A stretch of 55,168 nt of DNA, from IMG/VR virus record IMGVR_UViG_3300020171_000035, positions 1-55,168 of that record. The stretch is one strand, 5' to 3'. Position 1 is the stretch's first letter; the number at the start of each line of letters is the position of its first letter. Position numbers and translations under genes: made by a program. Source of the DNA: a virus (Duplodnaviria; Caudoviricetes). Below, one piece after another: positions 39,682 through 48,581 of the stretch. Below the pieces are notes generated by a model, which worked only from the letters and a program-made list of their open reading frames with translations, was not told where the DNA came from and did not search any database.

Positions 39682-39890
39682 TGCTAAAAACGAAAGTATC
39701 AAGAAAGAAAATGGAAGAACAATTATTACGTCAGGCCCCCAGGAAACGCATCTGCGCCATAGCGTTATGTCACGAAATAGCTACCATCCAGATGGGCGAT
39801 CTGAACTTATGCGAAGAACATAAGGACTGCATACCGATGTTACCGTTTAATTTTTTTGAAGATGGGTACATTTACATGATGGAGAAATAA
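39681..39890 (+). CDS. Hypothetical Cys/His protein
   Basis: C....C...LCEEH. Confidence 0.5.
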   Translation: MLKTKVSRKKMEEQLLRQAPRKRICAIALCHEIATIQMGDLNLCEEHKDCIPMLPFNFFEDGYIYMMEK

Positions 39891-39891
39891 T

Positions 39892-40107
39892 ATGGCAAAA
39901 TGTATAGACTGTTTTCTTTGTCGTACGCAAGTAACGGTGCGGGAGGGCATGAACCACGTTGGCCTTCTTAAAAAGTTTTGGTGTAAGGTTGGGCGCTTCC
40001 CTCCACTTAGTTATCTCACAAGAACTGTCAGCACCCCATATTCTCTAAAGGTTGAACATCGATGTCCAGAATTCGACTATGATGAACCCATAACTACACT
40101 CCAATAA
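39892..40107 (+). CDS. Hypothetical Cys-rich protein
   Basis: CIDCFLC...WC...CPEF. Confidence 0.5.
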   Translation: MAKCIDCFLCRTQVTVREGMNHVGLLKKFWCKVGRFPPLSYLTRTVSTPYSLKVEHRCPEFDYDEPITTLQ

Positions 40108-40115
40108 GGATCCAA

Positions 40116-41267
40116 ATGATAACCATTGAAGATATCAAGATGCAGTTCTCGAAGTATCTCTGCCTATCCGATACAGACGTAATCGATGTGATGCTAGGTA
40201 CCGTGGTCGCCAATAGAATGCCTGGGGATTCGGTCAGTCTATATATCATTGGTCCATCATCGTCTGCGAAGACTGAGTTGGTTCGTTCGTTGATAGATTA
40301 TAGGCATACCTATCACCTCACTAAAATTACCCCTCACACGCTTGTTTCTGGATACCAGGATAGGGCAAAAAGGGGCGAGAACTTTTCCCTCTTAACCAAA
40401 CTCCAGAAGGAGGGGAGAAATATTCTCGTCTTTAAAGACTTCACGACCATTCTATCCATGAGGCGCGAAGACAGGAGTGAGTTTATCTCCCAGCTTCGTG
40501 AAATGGCTGACGGGTATATTTGTGGCGATTACGGGAATGCCCAGCACTTTGAACTCAAGGAACACATTGGAGTGATTGCAGCCTGTACGAATGCTATCGA
40601 CGAGTTTGATTCGGTCAACGGCATCCTGGGCGAAAGATTCCTAAAATATAGGATCTCGGCGGAAATGGCCGAGGCGATAGCCAAGATAGCAATGGAGAGC
40701 AATAACGATAAGGAGAACCTACGTAACGAGGCCGCCAGGCTGGTAGTAGAGTTCTTGGGTCGATTTGAGGTTATTTGTGACCTTCCCACGTGGTACGAAG
40801 AATGCCGAAGCCGTATCCAAAATCTATGTATTTTTGGAGCCCACCTGCGGAGTCCAATTATCAAAGATCCCCAGGGTATTCAACTAAGCCCGGTAGATCA
40901 TGAAGGCCCCGGGCGGCTAATTTCCAGCCTTGACAAGCTTGCCAAGGGGATTGCCATGGTGCAGGGGGAATCCGTCATTTCTCCGACTGTATACCCTATT
41001 ATTAAGAAGGTCGTAAAGGACACCGTACCCCCTTACCGACTCCTGGTGGTTAAGTCCGTATTTGAACATGAAGAAATCACCACCAAAGATCTCGCTACCG
41101 ATCTGCGCGTACATTGGAGGACAGCCCAGAAGTATTGTGAGGACCTTCGATCGATAGGGATACTTCGGGACACCAAGGACAGTGAGAATCGCAACCTATG
41201 GTCTATTAACGAGTCATACGTGAAATGGATCAAGGATTCCCAGATCTTCGTTATAGATAGGTTCTAA
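40116..41267 (+). CDS. MCM-like AAA+ replicative helicase with C-terminal winged helix
   Basis: IGPSSSAKTE, KDFTTIL, LREMADG, GERFL; wHTH TTKDLA..L. Confidence 0.7.
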   Translation: MITIEDIKMQFSKYLCLSDTDVIDVMLGTVVANRMPGDSVSLYIIGPSSSAKTELVRSLIDYRHTYHLTKITPHTLVSGYQDRAKRGENFSLLTKLQKEGRNILVFKDFTTILSMRREDRSEFISQLREMADGYICGDYGNAQHFELKEHIGVIAACTNAIDEFDSVNGILGERFLKYRISAEMAEAIAKIAMESNNDKENLRNEAARLVVEFLGRFEVICDLPTWYEECRSRIQNLCIFGAHLRSPIIKDPQGIQLSPVDHEGPGRLISSLDKLAKGIAMVQGESVISPTVYPIIKKVVKDTVPPYRLLVVKSVFEHEEITTKDLATDLRVHWRTAQKYCEDLRSIGILRDTKDSENRNLWSINESYVKWIKDSQIFVIDRF

Positions 41268-41773
41268 ATACACACCGAATTGCCCCCTCATCCAGCGGCT
41301 ACCCTGCAAATACCCCCAAATTGGCATCCCTATGGCCTAATTTCACGATCGTGGCTTATGGGGCATCCTGAGCACAATCAACTTTTAATAAAAAAATCAT
41401 AAAAGCCCCATTATAAGCCACTTCCGGAGCCCTGATACATGCCGTCCCCTCCAGGGGGGGACACTTTTTCTCTATTATAAAAGTAAGTCACCCGGACGCC
41501 TCTATCTTTTGAAGCAAGGCGTGTGAAATCATTGAAGAATGATTAACTTATTTATTGGAAATTTTCGACCCTTCTTGTGAAATTAAATCACACGGAAAAT
41601 GTCCCAAAAACTTTGTGAACCTTGTGAAACGCTATACCCTCGGATAGTAAGTGTCCGGGGTACCCATCACCATTTGTCTCCAATTGTCTCAAGCATGGTT
41701 AACCTACATTTAGGTAGAAGAAATACCGCGTTAACTATTATAAAATTATTAAGGAATTCTTATTTTTAAGGAT

Positions 41774-42079
41774 TTATGGTATCCAGCGGTTACCCTTACT
41801 GCAATTCTTGGCGCTGGATATAACCTGGAGGTTCCAGGGAACATGAAGTCCGCATACGTTTTGGCCTTGAAGCGGAACTATATGGTCTACCTGAAATTTA
41901 CATCCCTCTTCTTGGGTTCGCCTTGCAGCTTCTATGTAAAATTTTAATATTTCGGCTTGAATCTCTGGAGTCCTAGCCCACAGGGGGGTGGCTCGCTTTC
42001 GACTAGTATAGCGTTTGGTATTTCTAAAATTAGCCCGGCCAGCCCTTTCCCACGTTTCTTGAAATTTCATCTTTTCCAT
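41774..42079 (-). CDS. HNH endonuclease
   Basis: [29 protein letters not shown]...N..K.N. Confidence 0.88.
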   Translation of the reverse strand: MEKMKFQETWERAGRANFRNTKRYTSRKRATPLWARTPEIQAEILKFYIEAARRTQEEGCKFQVDHIVPLQGQNVCGLHVPWNLQVISSAKNCSKGNRWIP

Positions 42080-42090
42080 ATTTAAATAAA

Positions 42091-42119
42091 ATTATAACAT
42101 ACGTTTAGGCTCCCGTCAA
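42091..42119 (-). promoter_or_regulatory. sigma70 promoter for the HNH gene
   Basis: TTGACG-N17-TATAAT with TG extension. Confidence 0.65.
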
Positions 42120-42168
42120 GCCCCCCCCCCGATCCTTTATTATTTTCGACGGTTTCTTAAAAAATAGC

Positions 42169-42197
42169 TTGACACATCAAAAACCGTCTGTTAGTAT
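42169..42197 (+). promoter_or_regulatory. sigma70 promoter
   Basis: TTGACA-N17-TAGTAT upstream of RBS GGAGG and ATG 42238. Confidence 0.6.
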
Positions 42198-42237
42198 AGA
42201 TAACATGAAATGCAATTACTCTCGATGGAGGTTTGAA

Positions 42238-42702
42238 ATGATAGATGCGGAAGATTTGAGATGGTCACGTTTAAATTATTTTGCTATCCCGATTTACCGT
42301 AGAACAATCAAAACTGTCTACATCGCCGGCCCCCTCACGCCAGCGTCCACCACCCAAAACCATGCGATCGAATACCTGATGAATATTCGCAATATGGTCT
42401 CGGCGGGAAGAAGACTTCTCATGGCCGGGTTTTACCCATTCGTGCCGGCATTTGATTTCTTATTTTTCATGCTTCCTCCGGATGAGGGGAAATATTGCCT
42501 GGGAGAGGTCGAGATCTCTGGGTCTCAGATTAAGGAATACAGTATGGAATGGCTCCGAAGGTGCGATGCGGTGCTATTCCTTCCCGGGTGGTCGAAATCC
42601 CAGGGCGCAGTTGCTGAATACTTTGAGGCTAAAAGTATGGGGATTCCGACCTTTTTTGACATAGAGGATCTTCTTAGGGAGGCGCCGAATGCCGTATCTT
42701 GA
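42238..42702 (+). CDS. Nucleoside 2-deoxyribosyltransferase-like (DUF4406/DUF1937) protein
   Basis: VYIAGP, G..PFVP, WLRRCDAV..LPGW.KS.GA..E. Confidence 0.8.
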   Translation: MIDAEDLRWSRLNYFAIPIYRRTIKTVYIAGPLTPASTTQNHAIEYLMNIRNMVSAGRRLLMAGFYPFVPAFDFLFFMLPPDEGKYCLGEVEISGSQIKEYSMEWLRRCDAVLFLPGWSKSQGAVAEYFEAKSMGIPTFFDIEDLLREAPNAVS

Positions 42703-42946
42703 GAATAAAATCATAAGGAACCGGATAGACCTTTTAGTGGGAGACCTCCAAGATGAAGGGGTACATAATCTTCCAGGTAGATTAAACTACGTGCTTTTCG
42801 CTCTTTGCAAAAGGTATGTACCAAAAAACTACACAGACCTTCGAAACTTCCTCGCAGAAATTCACGAGGCTGAGTGTGAGATAAGGCGGAGGATACTTGG
42901 ACCCTTGGAGGATGAAAAAATCCAAACAAATGGAGACGTGATATGA
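42689..42946 (+). CDS. Conserved phage protein (DUF6899-like)
   Basis: MPY..R..G.LNY..E..RR..P.ED.KI..NGDV. Confidence 0.7.
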   Translation: MPYLENKIIRNRIDLLVGDLQDEGVHNLPGRLNYVLFALCKRYVPKNYTDLRNFLAEIHEAECEIRRRILGPLEDEKIQTNGDVI

Positions 42947-43629
42947 GAATGAGAATTGAAGAGATTGGACCGAAGGATTGTTACCATTCACGTGGAGACC
43001 TTAACCTTATTGGTAGGGTGGGGGAATGGGAATGGGAATCAGGACCAATTGGTGACTGGGAAAGTGGTTGGATGCATTTCGATGAACCAATCCTTGACTG
43101 GAAATGCTGGTATTTTATTCAAGTGAAGGTGACCCTACCACCTACTACCGAAGCACACATTAGTAATCGAGATGAACCAGCAACGGTTTCGCTGAAGCTT
43201 GCCGAGAACAGGATGAAATGGGGAGAAACGATCTTATCCGATGTAGAGCCCATAAGTGAATATGCAAGGACGATCAAGATGGAACCCACCAATCGCCACG
43301 GTCACCCCGATTTCTACCGTCTCTGCGAAGAGGAAATGGATTTACATAGTCGCAAAAACCACGACTACGCGGCTGGCGGTAACCCGCTCGGGAATTTTAA
43401 CCGGGTATCGGCTATCCTGGCAATGTATCCCGGACTTAAACTATCCGACCCTGCGGTGGTAGCTATCACCTACATGATGAAGCAGCTTGATGCCAGTCTT
43501 TGGATGCTCTCTAATGGTCATGTAGCGCAGGTGGAGGGCCAGAAGGAACGGTGGCAGGATATATCTGTGTATTCAAAAATCATTTCAATTCTAATTTCAG
43601 AAGGAGGTAAAAATGTTAAAGATAATTAA
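42943..43629 (+). CDS. Nucleotide-modification-associated (DUF1599-like) domain protein with Trp-rich N-terminus
   Basis: LHSRKNHDYA..NPLGNF..MKQ...DI.VY. Confidence 0.65.
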   Translation: MRMRIEEIGPKDCYHSRGDLNLIGRVGEWEWESGPIGDWESGWMHFDEPILDWKCWYFIQVKVTLPPTTEAHISNRDEPATVSLKLAENRMKWGETILSDVEPISEYARTIKMEPTNRHGHPDFYRLCEEEMDLHSRKNHDYAAGGNPLGNFNRVSAILAMYPGLKLSDPAVVAITYMMKQLDASLWMLSNGHVAQVEGQKERWQDISVYSKIISILISEGGKNVKDN

Positions 43630-43870
43630 AGGTTTAGAGGGTTCCCTACGTTTCTTAATTGGGTCCGAAGTAGCTAACCTACCAATTGGTACTACCTTTC
43701 TGGGAAGGATAGGATCAATAGGCAATCGTACCCTTGGTGCCAGGATATATTCTGGTATAGTTAATCTTGAAAATCTGTATCAAACGTGGACCTTTCCTCC
43801 CGGAGGCTCTCCGGATATTGCTGATTTTCAGGAAGTCGATATTGAAGCCATAATTAAGGAAAAAAAGTGA
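43613..43870 (+). CDS. Hypothetical protein
   Basis: RBS AGGAGGT. Confidence 0.55.
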   Translation: MLKIIKGLEGSLRFLIGSEVANLPIGTTFLGRIGSIGNRTLGARIYSGIVNLENLYQTWTFPPGGSPDIADFQEVDIEAIIKEKK

Positions 43871-44316
43871 AATTCTTAGCCGGAATCCTGTTCCTCCTTA
43901 TTCTGTTCACCCCGAGCGCTTCCTTAGTGGGCGGCAATCCCAGCCCTCAATCCATAACTGATACGTTCCAGAATATCGGCCAACTTACCGGGGTTGATCA
44001 CCGCCTACTCCGAGCCATCGCTACCGTAGAATCCAACCTTGACCCATGGGCTATCGGAGACAAGGGCAGATCTCTTGGTCTCATGCAGATTCATTCGTCC
44101 ACACGTAAGCAGTTCAGGGTTCCACATCATTCGTTACTATTCGATCCAGAAGTTAATATTCGAGTTGGGGCTCTCCATCTTAAACGGTTAATCAATCGGT
44201 ATGGAATTCATGGAGCGATTCATGCCTACAATGTGGGGGAATCCAAGTATAGAACTGGGGTAAGAGTAAAACTGTATCATCGAAAGGTTATGCGTGAGTG
44301 GAGGAAAATATTATGA
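43867..44316 (+). CDS. Lytic transglycosylase (SLT) with signal peptide
   Basis: AIATVESN, SLGLMQI, LFDPEVNI, AYNVG. Confidence 0.88.
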   Translation: MKFLAGILFLLILFTPSASLVGGNPSPQSITDTFQNIGQLTGVDHRLLRAIATVESNLDPWAIGDKGRSLGLMQIHSSTRKQFRVPHHSLLFDPEVNIRVGALHLKRLINRYGIHGAIHAYNVGESKYRTGVRVKLYHRKVMREWRKIL

Positions 44317-44495
44317 AAGCAGACCCATCGGGCCGTAAGCAGGTTCTCCGTGACTGGATGACTGCCACTACGCAAATCATTAAGGTGGGTGACCCGAAAC
44401 AAACCAATGCCGACATTGTTGAAAAATGGCGAGCCATGGGTATTAAGATGAATGAGGCGTGGGTTAAAAAAGCATTATATGGAGGCAAACAATGA
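44313..44495 (+). CDS. Hypothetical protein
   Basis: ATGA coupling, RBS GGAGG. Confidence 0.5.
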   Translation: MKADPSGRKQVLRDWMTATTQIIKVGDPKQTNADIVEKWRAMGIKMNEAWVKKALYGGKQ

Positions 44496-44695
44496 GGGGT
44501 ACTCGTGCAAAACAGATCCGCTCAAAAATTATGACTCACGATCAGTTTATTTCTTTTAAGAAAAACAAAGAGTATAAGGTTCCAGAAATTAACGGTAAGA
44601 TTATACCAACCCTGTATTTACAGGGTCCACTTAGGTTGTACCGGACCATGAAGAAAGCGTTTAGGAATCCAGATATGGCGTTGCCAGTTTATTAA
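44492..44695 (+). CDS. Hypothetical basic protein
   Basis: MRGTRAKQIR...YR..KK phage-type pattern; RBS GGAGG. Confidence 0.55.
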   Translation: MRGTRAKQIRSKIMTHDQFISFKKNKEYKVPEINGKIIPTLYLQGPLRLYRTMKKAFRNPDMALPVY

Positions 44696-44706
44696 GGGGG
44701 GACAAA

Positions 44707-44907
44707 ATGTTTAGAAAATGTCATGTGAGATATTATAAGTTTGTGGGGGTAGGTATAGAGCCTTATCACGAAGCAGATGGTTTATTTCATCAATGGGGTC
44801 AACAAGCATTTGAAGAATCCTTTAGCTATACGGTTGGAATAGTAGAGCTTGCGGATGGAACTATTGTTACTGCTGAACCAGGAGATATAAAGTTTGAAAC
44901 AGTATAA
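44707..44907 (+). CDS. Conserved small phage protein
   Basis: G.FHQWG..TVGIVE..DG.I......IKF. Confidence 0.6.
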   Translation: MFRKCHVRYYKFVGVGIEPYHEADGLFHQWGQQAFEESFSYTVGIVELADGTIVTAEPGDIKFETV

Positions 44908-44920
44908 TAAATAACTAACA

Positions 44921-45001
44921 GCCAGTGGAGGCTAACCATGAGGCGGTAAAGCCGTGATAATAAGCAGGGACATACTCGTGGGTACATCCTGCACCACTGG
45001 C
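44921..45001 (+). ncRNA. Putative structured intergenic RNA (three-way junction)
   Basis: GCCAGTGG/CCACTGGC closing stem enclosing GGC-GGTAAA-GCC and GCAGG...CCTGC stems. Confidence 0.45.
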
Positions 45002-45019
45002 CTTAAATTAGGGGGGAAG

Positions 45020-45274
45020 ATGGATGAGAAGATAGGGGAAATTAAGGATTGTCTATCTAAAATTCTTTATGATGAAAAAGATTATGGTGGAAAACATTTA
45101 CTTAAAGACGAGACAGCATGGCTGGCATATTATAAATTAGTGAAAAACTCAGAATTATGGCTCAGGCATCTCCTCTCCTGTATCAAGAAGTTAGGGGAGG
45201 GGATCGAGAAGTATCTTGATGACCCAGAATTTGATACTGACATATTAACTAAACTGATTGAGAAGGAGAAATAA
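45020..45274 (+). CDS. Hypothetical protein
   Basis: ATG 45020 after GGGGGG. Confidence 0.5.
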   Translation: MDEKIGEIKDCLSKILYDEKDYGGKHLLKDETAWLAYYKLVKNSELWLRHLLSCIKKLGEGIEKYLDDPEFDTDILTKLIEKEK

Positions 45275-45277
45275 GTT

Positions 45278-45344
45278 AGAGCCACTTCGGGTGGTGCGTA
45301 AGAGCAGGCTCCGTGTAAAGGCGGGAAGCGGAGGGAGTGGCTCT
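45278..45344 (+). ncRNA. Putative structured intergenic RNA (three-way junction)
   Basis: AGAGCCACTTC/GGAGTGGCTCT stem enclosing TGC-GTAAGA-GCA and CTCCG...CGGAG. Confidence 0.45.
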
Positions 45345-45363
45345 GAAATAACGGAGGTGTGAA

Positions 45364-45597
45364 ATGGCAGTGAAAGAAGATAAATTTATAGTGTTTCCCA
45401 AAAAAGATTTGGTTGGCATATCGGCTGCTCAGGTGGCGACATTGGATGAGATTGACCAATTAGTCCAAAGGAATCGCATAAAACGAGGGGCCAGTCAGTT
45501 CCCGAAATTTATCACCTGTAACCAGGATGAACCATATGCCGAGAAAGTGTGGCAAATTATCCTGGACGGAGAAACGGCTAAAAAACATTCTGTATAA
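45364..45597 (+). CDS. Conserved phage hypothetical protein
   Basis: KFIV..K.D..N.DEPYA..V..II..GE; RBS GGAGGT. Confidence 0.6.
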   Translation: MAVKEDKFIVFPKKDLVGISAAQVATLDEIDQLVQRNRIKRGASQFPKFITCNQDEPYAEKVWQIILDGETAKKHSV

Positions 45598-45810
45598 CAA
45601 TAGATATACCGCACGGAAGAATAAGTTAAGAATTTAATGATATATTGGGATAAGAAAAGCAAGGGCCTCCCTAACAAAGGGGCCCCACACCATGAGGTCG
45701 TAATATGATCAATTTATTTACAGATAATGGACCCGACTACAGATGTTCAAAGTGCGGGATTAATATCTTGGGTGAAATTGGTCATAATTGCGATGACGAT
45801 GAGGAAGAAG

Positions 45811-46620
45811 ATGAAGCTTGATATTCTTGGCAAACGTTACGTAGAGGAATTACAGAACAAGAACCCGGCTACCATTTCCAATCTAAAGCGAATAGTCACA
45901 TTCTTTTGCGGTTGGGACCCTGCAAAGATTACCCCCAAATCTGTAATGGATTATATTATTGACCGAAGGTGTAGGGCGGCTAAGCCCGCTACAATCAATA
46001 GAGAGATCACTATTATGAAGCAATTTTTCGCATGGCTCGTTAAGAATTCCATGATCAGCCAGAACCCAGCGCAGGATCTCAAATATGAAAAACCTGGCCC
46101 CCTCCGAACGAGGTGGCTCACGGTGGAAGAGGAATTACGTTTAATAGAGGTCAGCCCTTCATGGCTTAAGCAAATTATAATTCTGGCTACCTCAACCGGG
46201 TTAAGAAGGGGGGAGCTTTTAGGTCTCACATGGGATTGCGTGGACTTGGATCAAAGAATTCTTACTGTCATAAGGTCCAAGAATGGAGAGCCGAGGGTGG
46301 TCCCCTTAACAAAGAGGGCAATATCGGTTTTATCGGAACTATATCCGAGCGAAGGATATGTGTTTCTTTGTAAAGACTTGCAACCCGTTTCACCGGATAC
46401 GCTTGAATATTATTTTAGATTAGCAGTTAAGAAAGCTGGCCTTAGGGGGGTTTGCTTTCATACGATGCGCCATACTTGCGCAAGCCGCTTAGTTCAAGGT
46501 GGAACGGACATCTATGTTGTGTCTAAACTTTTAGGGCACAAAAGTATTCAAATGTCGGCCCGCTATAGCCATCTTAATGTTGAGTCACTACGAAGAGCGA
46601 TGGAGAGGGAGAATGAATAG
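45811..46620 (+). CDS. int: Tyrosine recombinase / integrase
   Basis: Complete catalytic set: TGLRRGEL (R), SKNG (K), FHTMRHT (HxxR), LGH, ARYSH (Y). Confidence 0.92.
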   Translation: MKLDILGKRYVEELQNKNPATISNLKRIVTFFCGWDPAKITPKSVMDYIIDRRCRAAKPATINREITIMKQFFAWLVKNSMISQNPAQDLKYEKPGPLRTRWLTVEEELRLIEVSPSWLKQIIILATSTGLRRGELLGLTWDCVDLDQRILTVIRSKNGEPRVVPLTKRAISVLSELYPSEGYVFLCKDLQPVSPDTLEYYFRLAVKKAGLRGVCFHTMRHTCASRLVQGGTDIYVVSKLLGHKSIQMSARYSHLNVESLRRAMERENE

Positions 46621-47098
46621 AAAACGCATAGCGTGGAATAAGGGATTAACCAAAGAAACGGATGAACGTGTTAAAAAATATGTAGATAATGGAAGTGGAT
46701 TACCCAAGGGTCACATTCCATGGAATAAGGGATTATTGGGATATAATAAAGATGTCGTTCATACACCAGAATGGAACGCAAGGGTGTCCATCGGGGTGAA
46801 ACGGTATTATTCGGATAAGCTAAAAACTACCAGATGTGGTCCGCTCGGACGTACGTGGACTCAAGGCATTATGGAGCGAGATTTTTGGATATGTAGGGTG
46901 TGTGGCAAGCCCGCCGTGATTGCACATCATATTTGTCCATGGAAAGAATTTCCAGAATATACGCTGGAAGCGTGGAATGGTGTATCAGTTTGTAAGGGGT
47001 GTCATAATAGGGTCCACAATCTTAAGGTCGGTATCGAAAAATTATGGATCATAACACGTCAAGACCTTGCCCTCATATTTCCTCTGGCTCCGCAATAA
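46613..47098 (+). CDS. HNH endonuclease with NUMOD-like WNKG repeats
   Basis: AWNKGL, PWNKGL, RDFWICRVCG..AHHI..NGVSVCKGCH. Confidence 0.8.
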   Translation: MNRKRIAWNKGLTKETDERVKKYVDNGSGLPKGHIPWNKGLLGYNKDVVHTPEWNARVSIGVKRYYSDKLKTTRCGPLGRTWTQGIMERDFWICRVCGKPAVIAHHICPWKEFPEYTLEAWNGVSVCKGCHNRVHNLKVGIEKLWIITRQDLALIFPLAPQ

Positions 47099-47471
47099 AC
47101 AACTTCCCAAGCTCTCCCAGCTTACCAAACCACTCCGCCTTTTCCAGCATTTCTTGCTGTGCAATGGACCTCATCGACTTCAATGTTCCACCCTCGGTCA
47201 TTACGTGACGTTCCAGACACATCTCCGTTCCGTTCCACATCTTCAGGCCAAGCGTGGTAGGATCGGGGGATTCCCCCTGGGACCTCATAGATCGTATCCA
47301 TTCTGACACCCCCAAACTCAGCATAACACTACACGCCCTGGAAAAGATATAGGTATCTGGTATATGCTTTAAGGCGTTACATGCCTGGCTCATACCGTAA
47401 CTATCAATCTGTAATGCGATGATGGAGGTTAGCTGAATATCATCTGGCAAATTAGAGATTGTGTTATACAT
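47073..47471 (-). CDS. Hypothetical protein
   Basis: RBS GGGGGTGA; last gene of the leftward operon. Confidence 0.5.
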   Translation of the reverse strand: MYNTISNLPDDIQLTSIIALQIDSYGMSQACNALKHIPDTYIFSRACSVMLSLGVSEWIRSMRSQGESPDPTTLGLKMWNGTEMCLERHVMTEGGTLKSMRSIAQQEMLEKAEWFGKLGELGKLFIAEPEEI

Positions 47472-47575
47472 TTAGTTATCACCCCCCCTAATATGATGTT
47501 CCACACCCCACACATTTCCAGTGGGGGTAAACGTTAAGTGTCATACAGTTAATGCATAACCACACAAACGGACCC

Positions 47576-47869
47576 TTACACTTCTTTCGTTTCACATTTT
47601 TCACAGCGATATGCCTCCATTACGTTAGGATAAGAGAATCGTATATCGAGCCATTCCCCGCACGTATCGCACTTGCCGGCATATTGAATTGGGATCATAT
47701 CTTCTGATTGACAGCAAGTCGTAACCTCTATTGGCCGAATATACTCCGGGTGCGTTAGGTGGTCGAGATCATCAAATCTACCATGTTTGTCCACCACAAT
47801 CGTGGTAGACAATCTCCAGCACTTCATGCACACTCCGTAGCTATCTCTTGCTATTTTATAATGATTCAT
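47576..47869 (-). CDS. Cys-rich hypothetical protein
   Basis: Multiple CxxC motifs; RBS AGGGG. Confidence 0.5.
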   Translation of the reverse strand: MNHYKIARDSYGVCMKCWRLSTTIVVDKHGRFDDLDHLTHPEYIRPIEVTTCCQSEDMIPIQYAGKCDTCGEWLDIRFSYPNVMEAYRCEKCETKEV

Positions 47870-47878
47870 TTTGTACCC

Positions 47879-48145
47879 CTATTTTGTAATTAAAGACCTT
47901 AAAAACTCCTGAGAATACTCCCCACTTTTGTACACTTTGACCGTAGCACATAACCTCTCATTGGCAGCCACCATGTATTTATCAAGCAATCTCTGAATTT
48001 CTGTGCATTCCCTGATGTATCCGTCCCCGGACATGAGGTCTTCCTCGCCCTCCACTTCGTCATTAGGGGGATCATCATAGAAACCGTCACTGTTAACCTT
48101 AGATAGGTCCCCCTTTGATATTTTAGAGTCCACCCTGTCAAGCAT
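47879..48145 (-). CDS. Acidic hypothetical protein
   Basis: RBS AGGGGG; downstream of promoter 48171-48198. Confidence 0.45.
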   Translation of the reverse strand: MLDRVDSKISKGDLSKVNSDGFYDDPPNDEVEGEEDLMSGDGYIRECTEIQRLLDKYMVAANERLCATVKVYKSGEYSQEFLRSLITK

Positions 48146-48170
48146 GTAGCACCCCCTTTCGGATAGTAAT

Positions 48171-48198
48171 ATTTTACACCATCTTTTTAGATTGTCAA
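48171..48198 (-). promoter_or_regulatory. sigma70 promoter
   Basis: TTGACA-N16-TAAAAT. Confidence 0.5.
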
Positions 48199-48387
48199 GT
48201 AATCATCCTCCTGATGATTTATGGTAGATTCATCAGTTTGTAGTGCAGACCATTCAAGCAAACTCAGGATAGATGCCTTACTGGGTAACAACAAAGAATT
48301 ATGCATTATCGCATCGGCCAGTAATTCATCGAGAGCCTGGTGTAGTTTCCGATGTTTTCTTACGTGTCTGTATTTTTTCCATTCCAC
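48187..48387 (-). CDS. Conserved phage hypothetical protein
   Basis: H..LH..LDELLAD.I.H....PS..SI..L..WS. Confidence 0.55.
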   Translation of the reverse strand: MEWKKYRHVRKHRKLHQALDELLADAIMHNSLLLPSKASILSLLEWSALQTDESTINHQEDDYLTI

Positions 48388-48544
48388 CTTGGATCACCTC
48401 TATTTTTTGTAATTTCTCAATTTTCTTCATCTCCACCCTGAAACACTTCGGACAATATCCATGAGTGACAGACTTATCCTTAAATGGTTCCTTCTCTCCG
48501 AATATCACCCAACATATACAGCATTGACGCACCAACTCAATCAC
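48326..48544 (-). CDS. Zinc-finger protein
   Basis: CCIC..GEK.P....VTHGYCPKC. Confidence 0.55.
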   Translation of the reverse strand: MIELVRQCCICWVIFGEKEPFKDKSVTHGYCPKCFRVEMKKIEKLQKIEVIQGGMEKIQTRKKTSETTPGSR

Positions 48545-48581
48545 CTCCTATTGAAATTGAATAATTCAAGTTGAATAATGG

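Noticed and set aside
41322-41337. Second sigma54 promoter (TGGCATCCCTATGGC)
   Set aside because: GG-N10-GC spacing fits but the -12 TTGC is missing and no gene follows
41576-41592. CRP site
   Set aside because: Spacer between TGTGA and TCACA is 7 bp rather than 6
42121-42129. Homopolymer C/G tracts (also 3543-3551) as phase-variation switches
   Set aside because: Frames are intact and there is no evidence of length variation from a single sequence
44921-45344. tRNA genes
   Set aside because: Stems are present but there is no T-loop GTTCRA, anticodon arm or cloverleaf
45727-46620. Prophage boundary at the integrase
   Set aside because: Phage-type genes continue on both sides; no host housekeeping genes in the window
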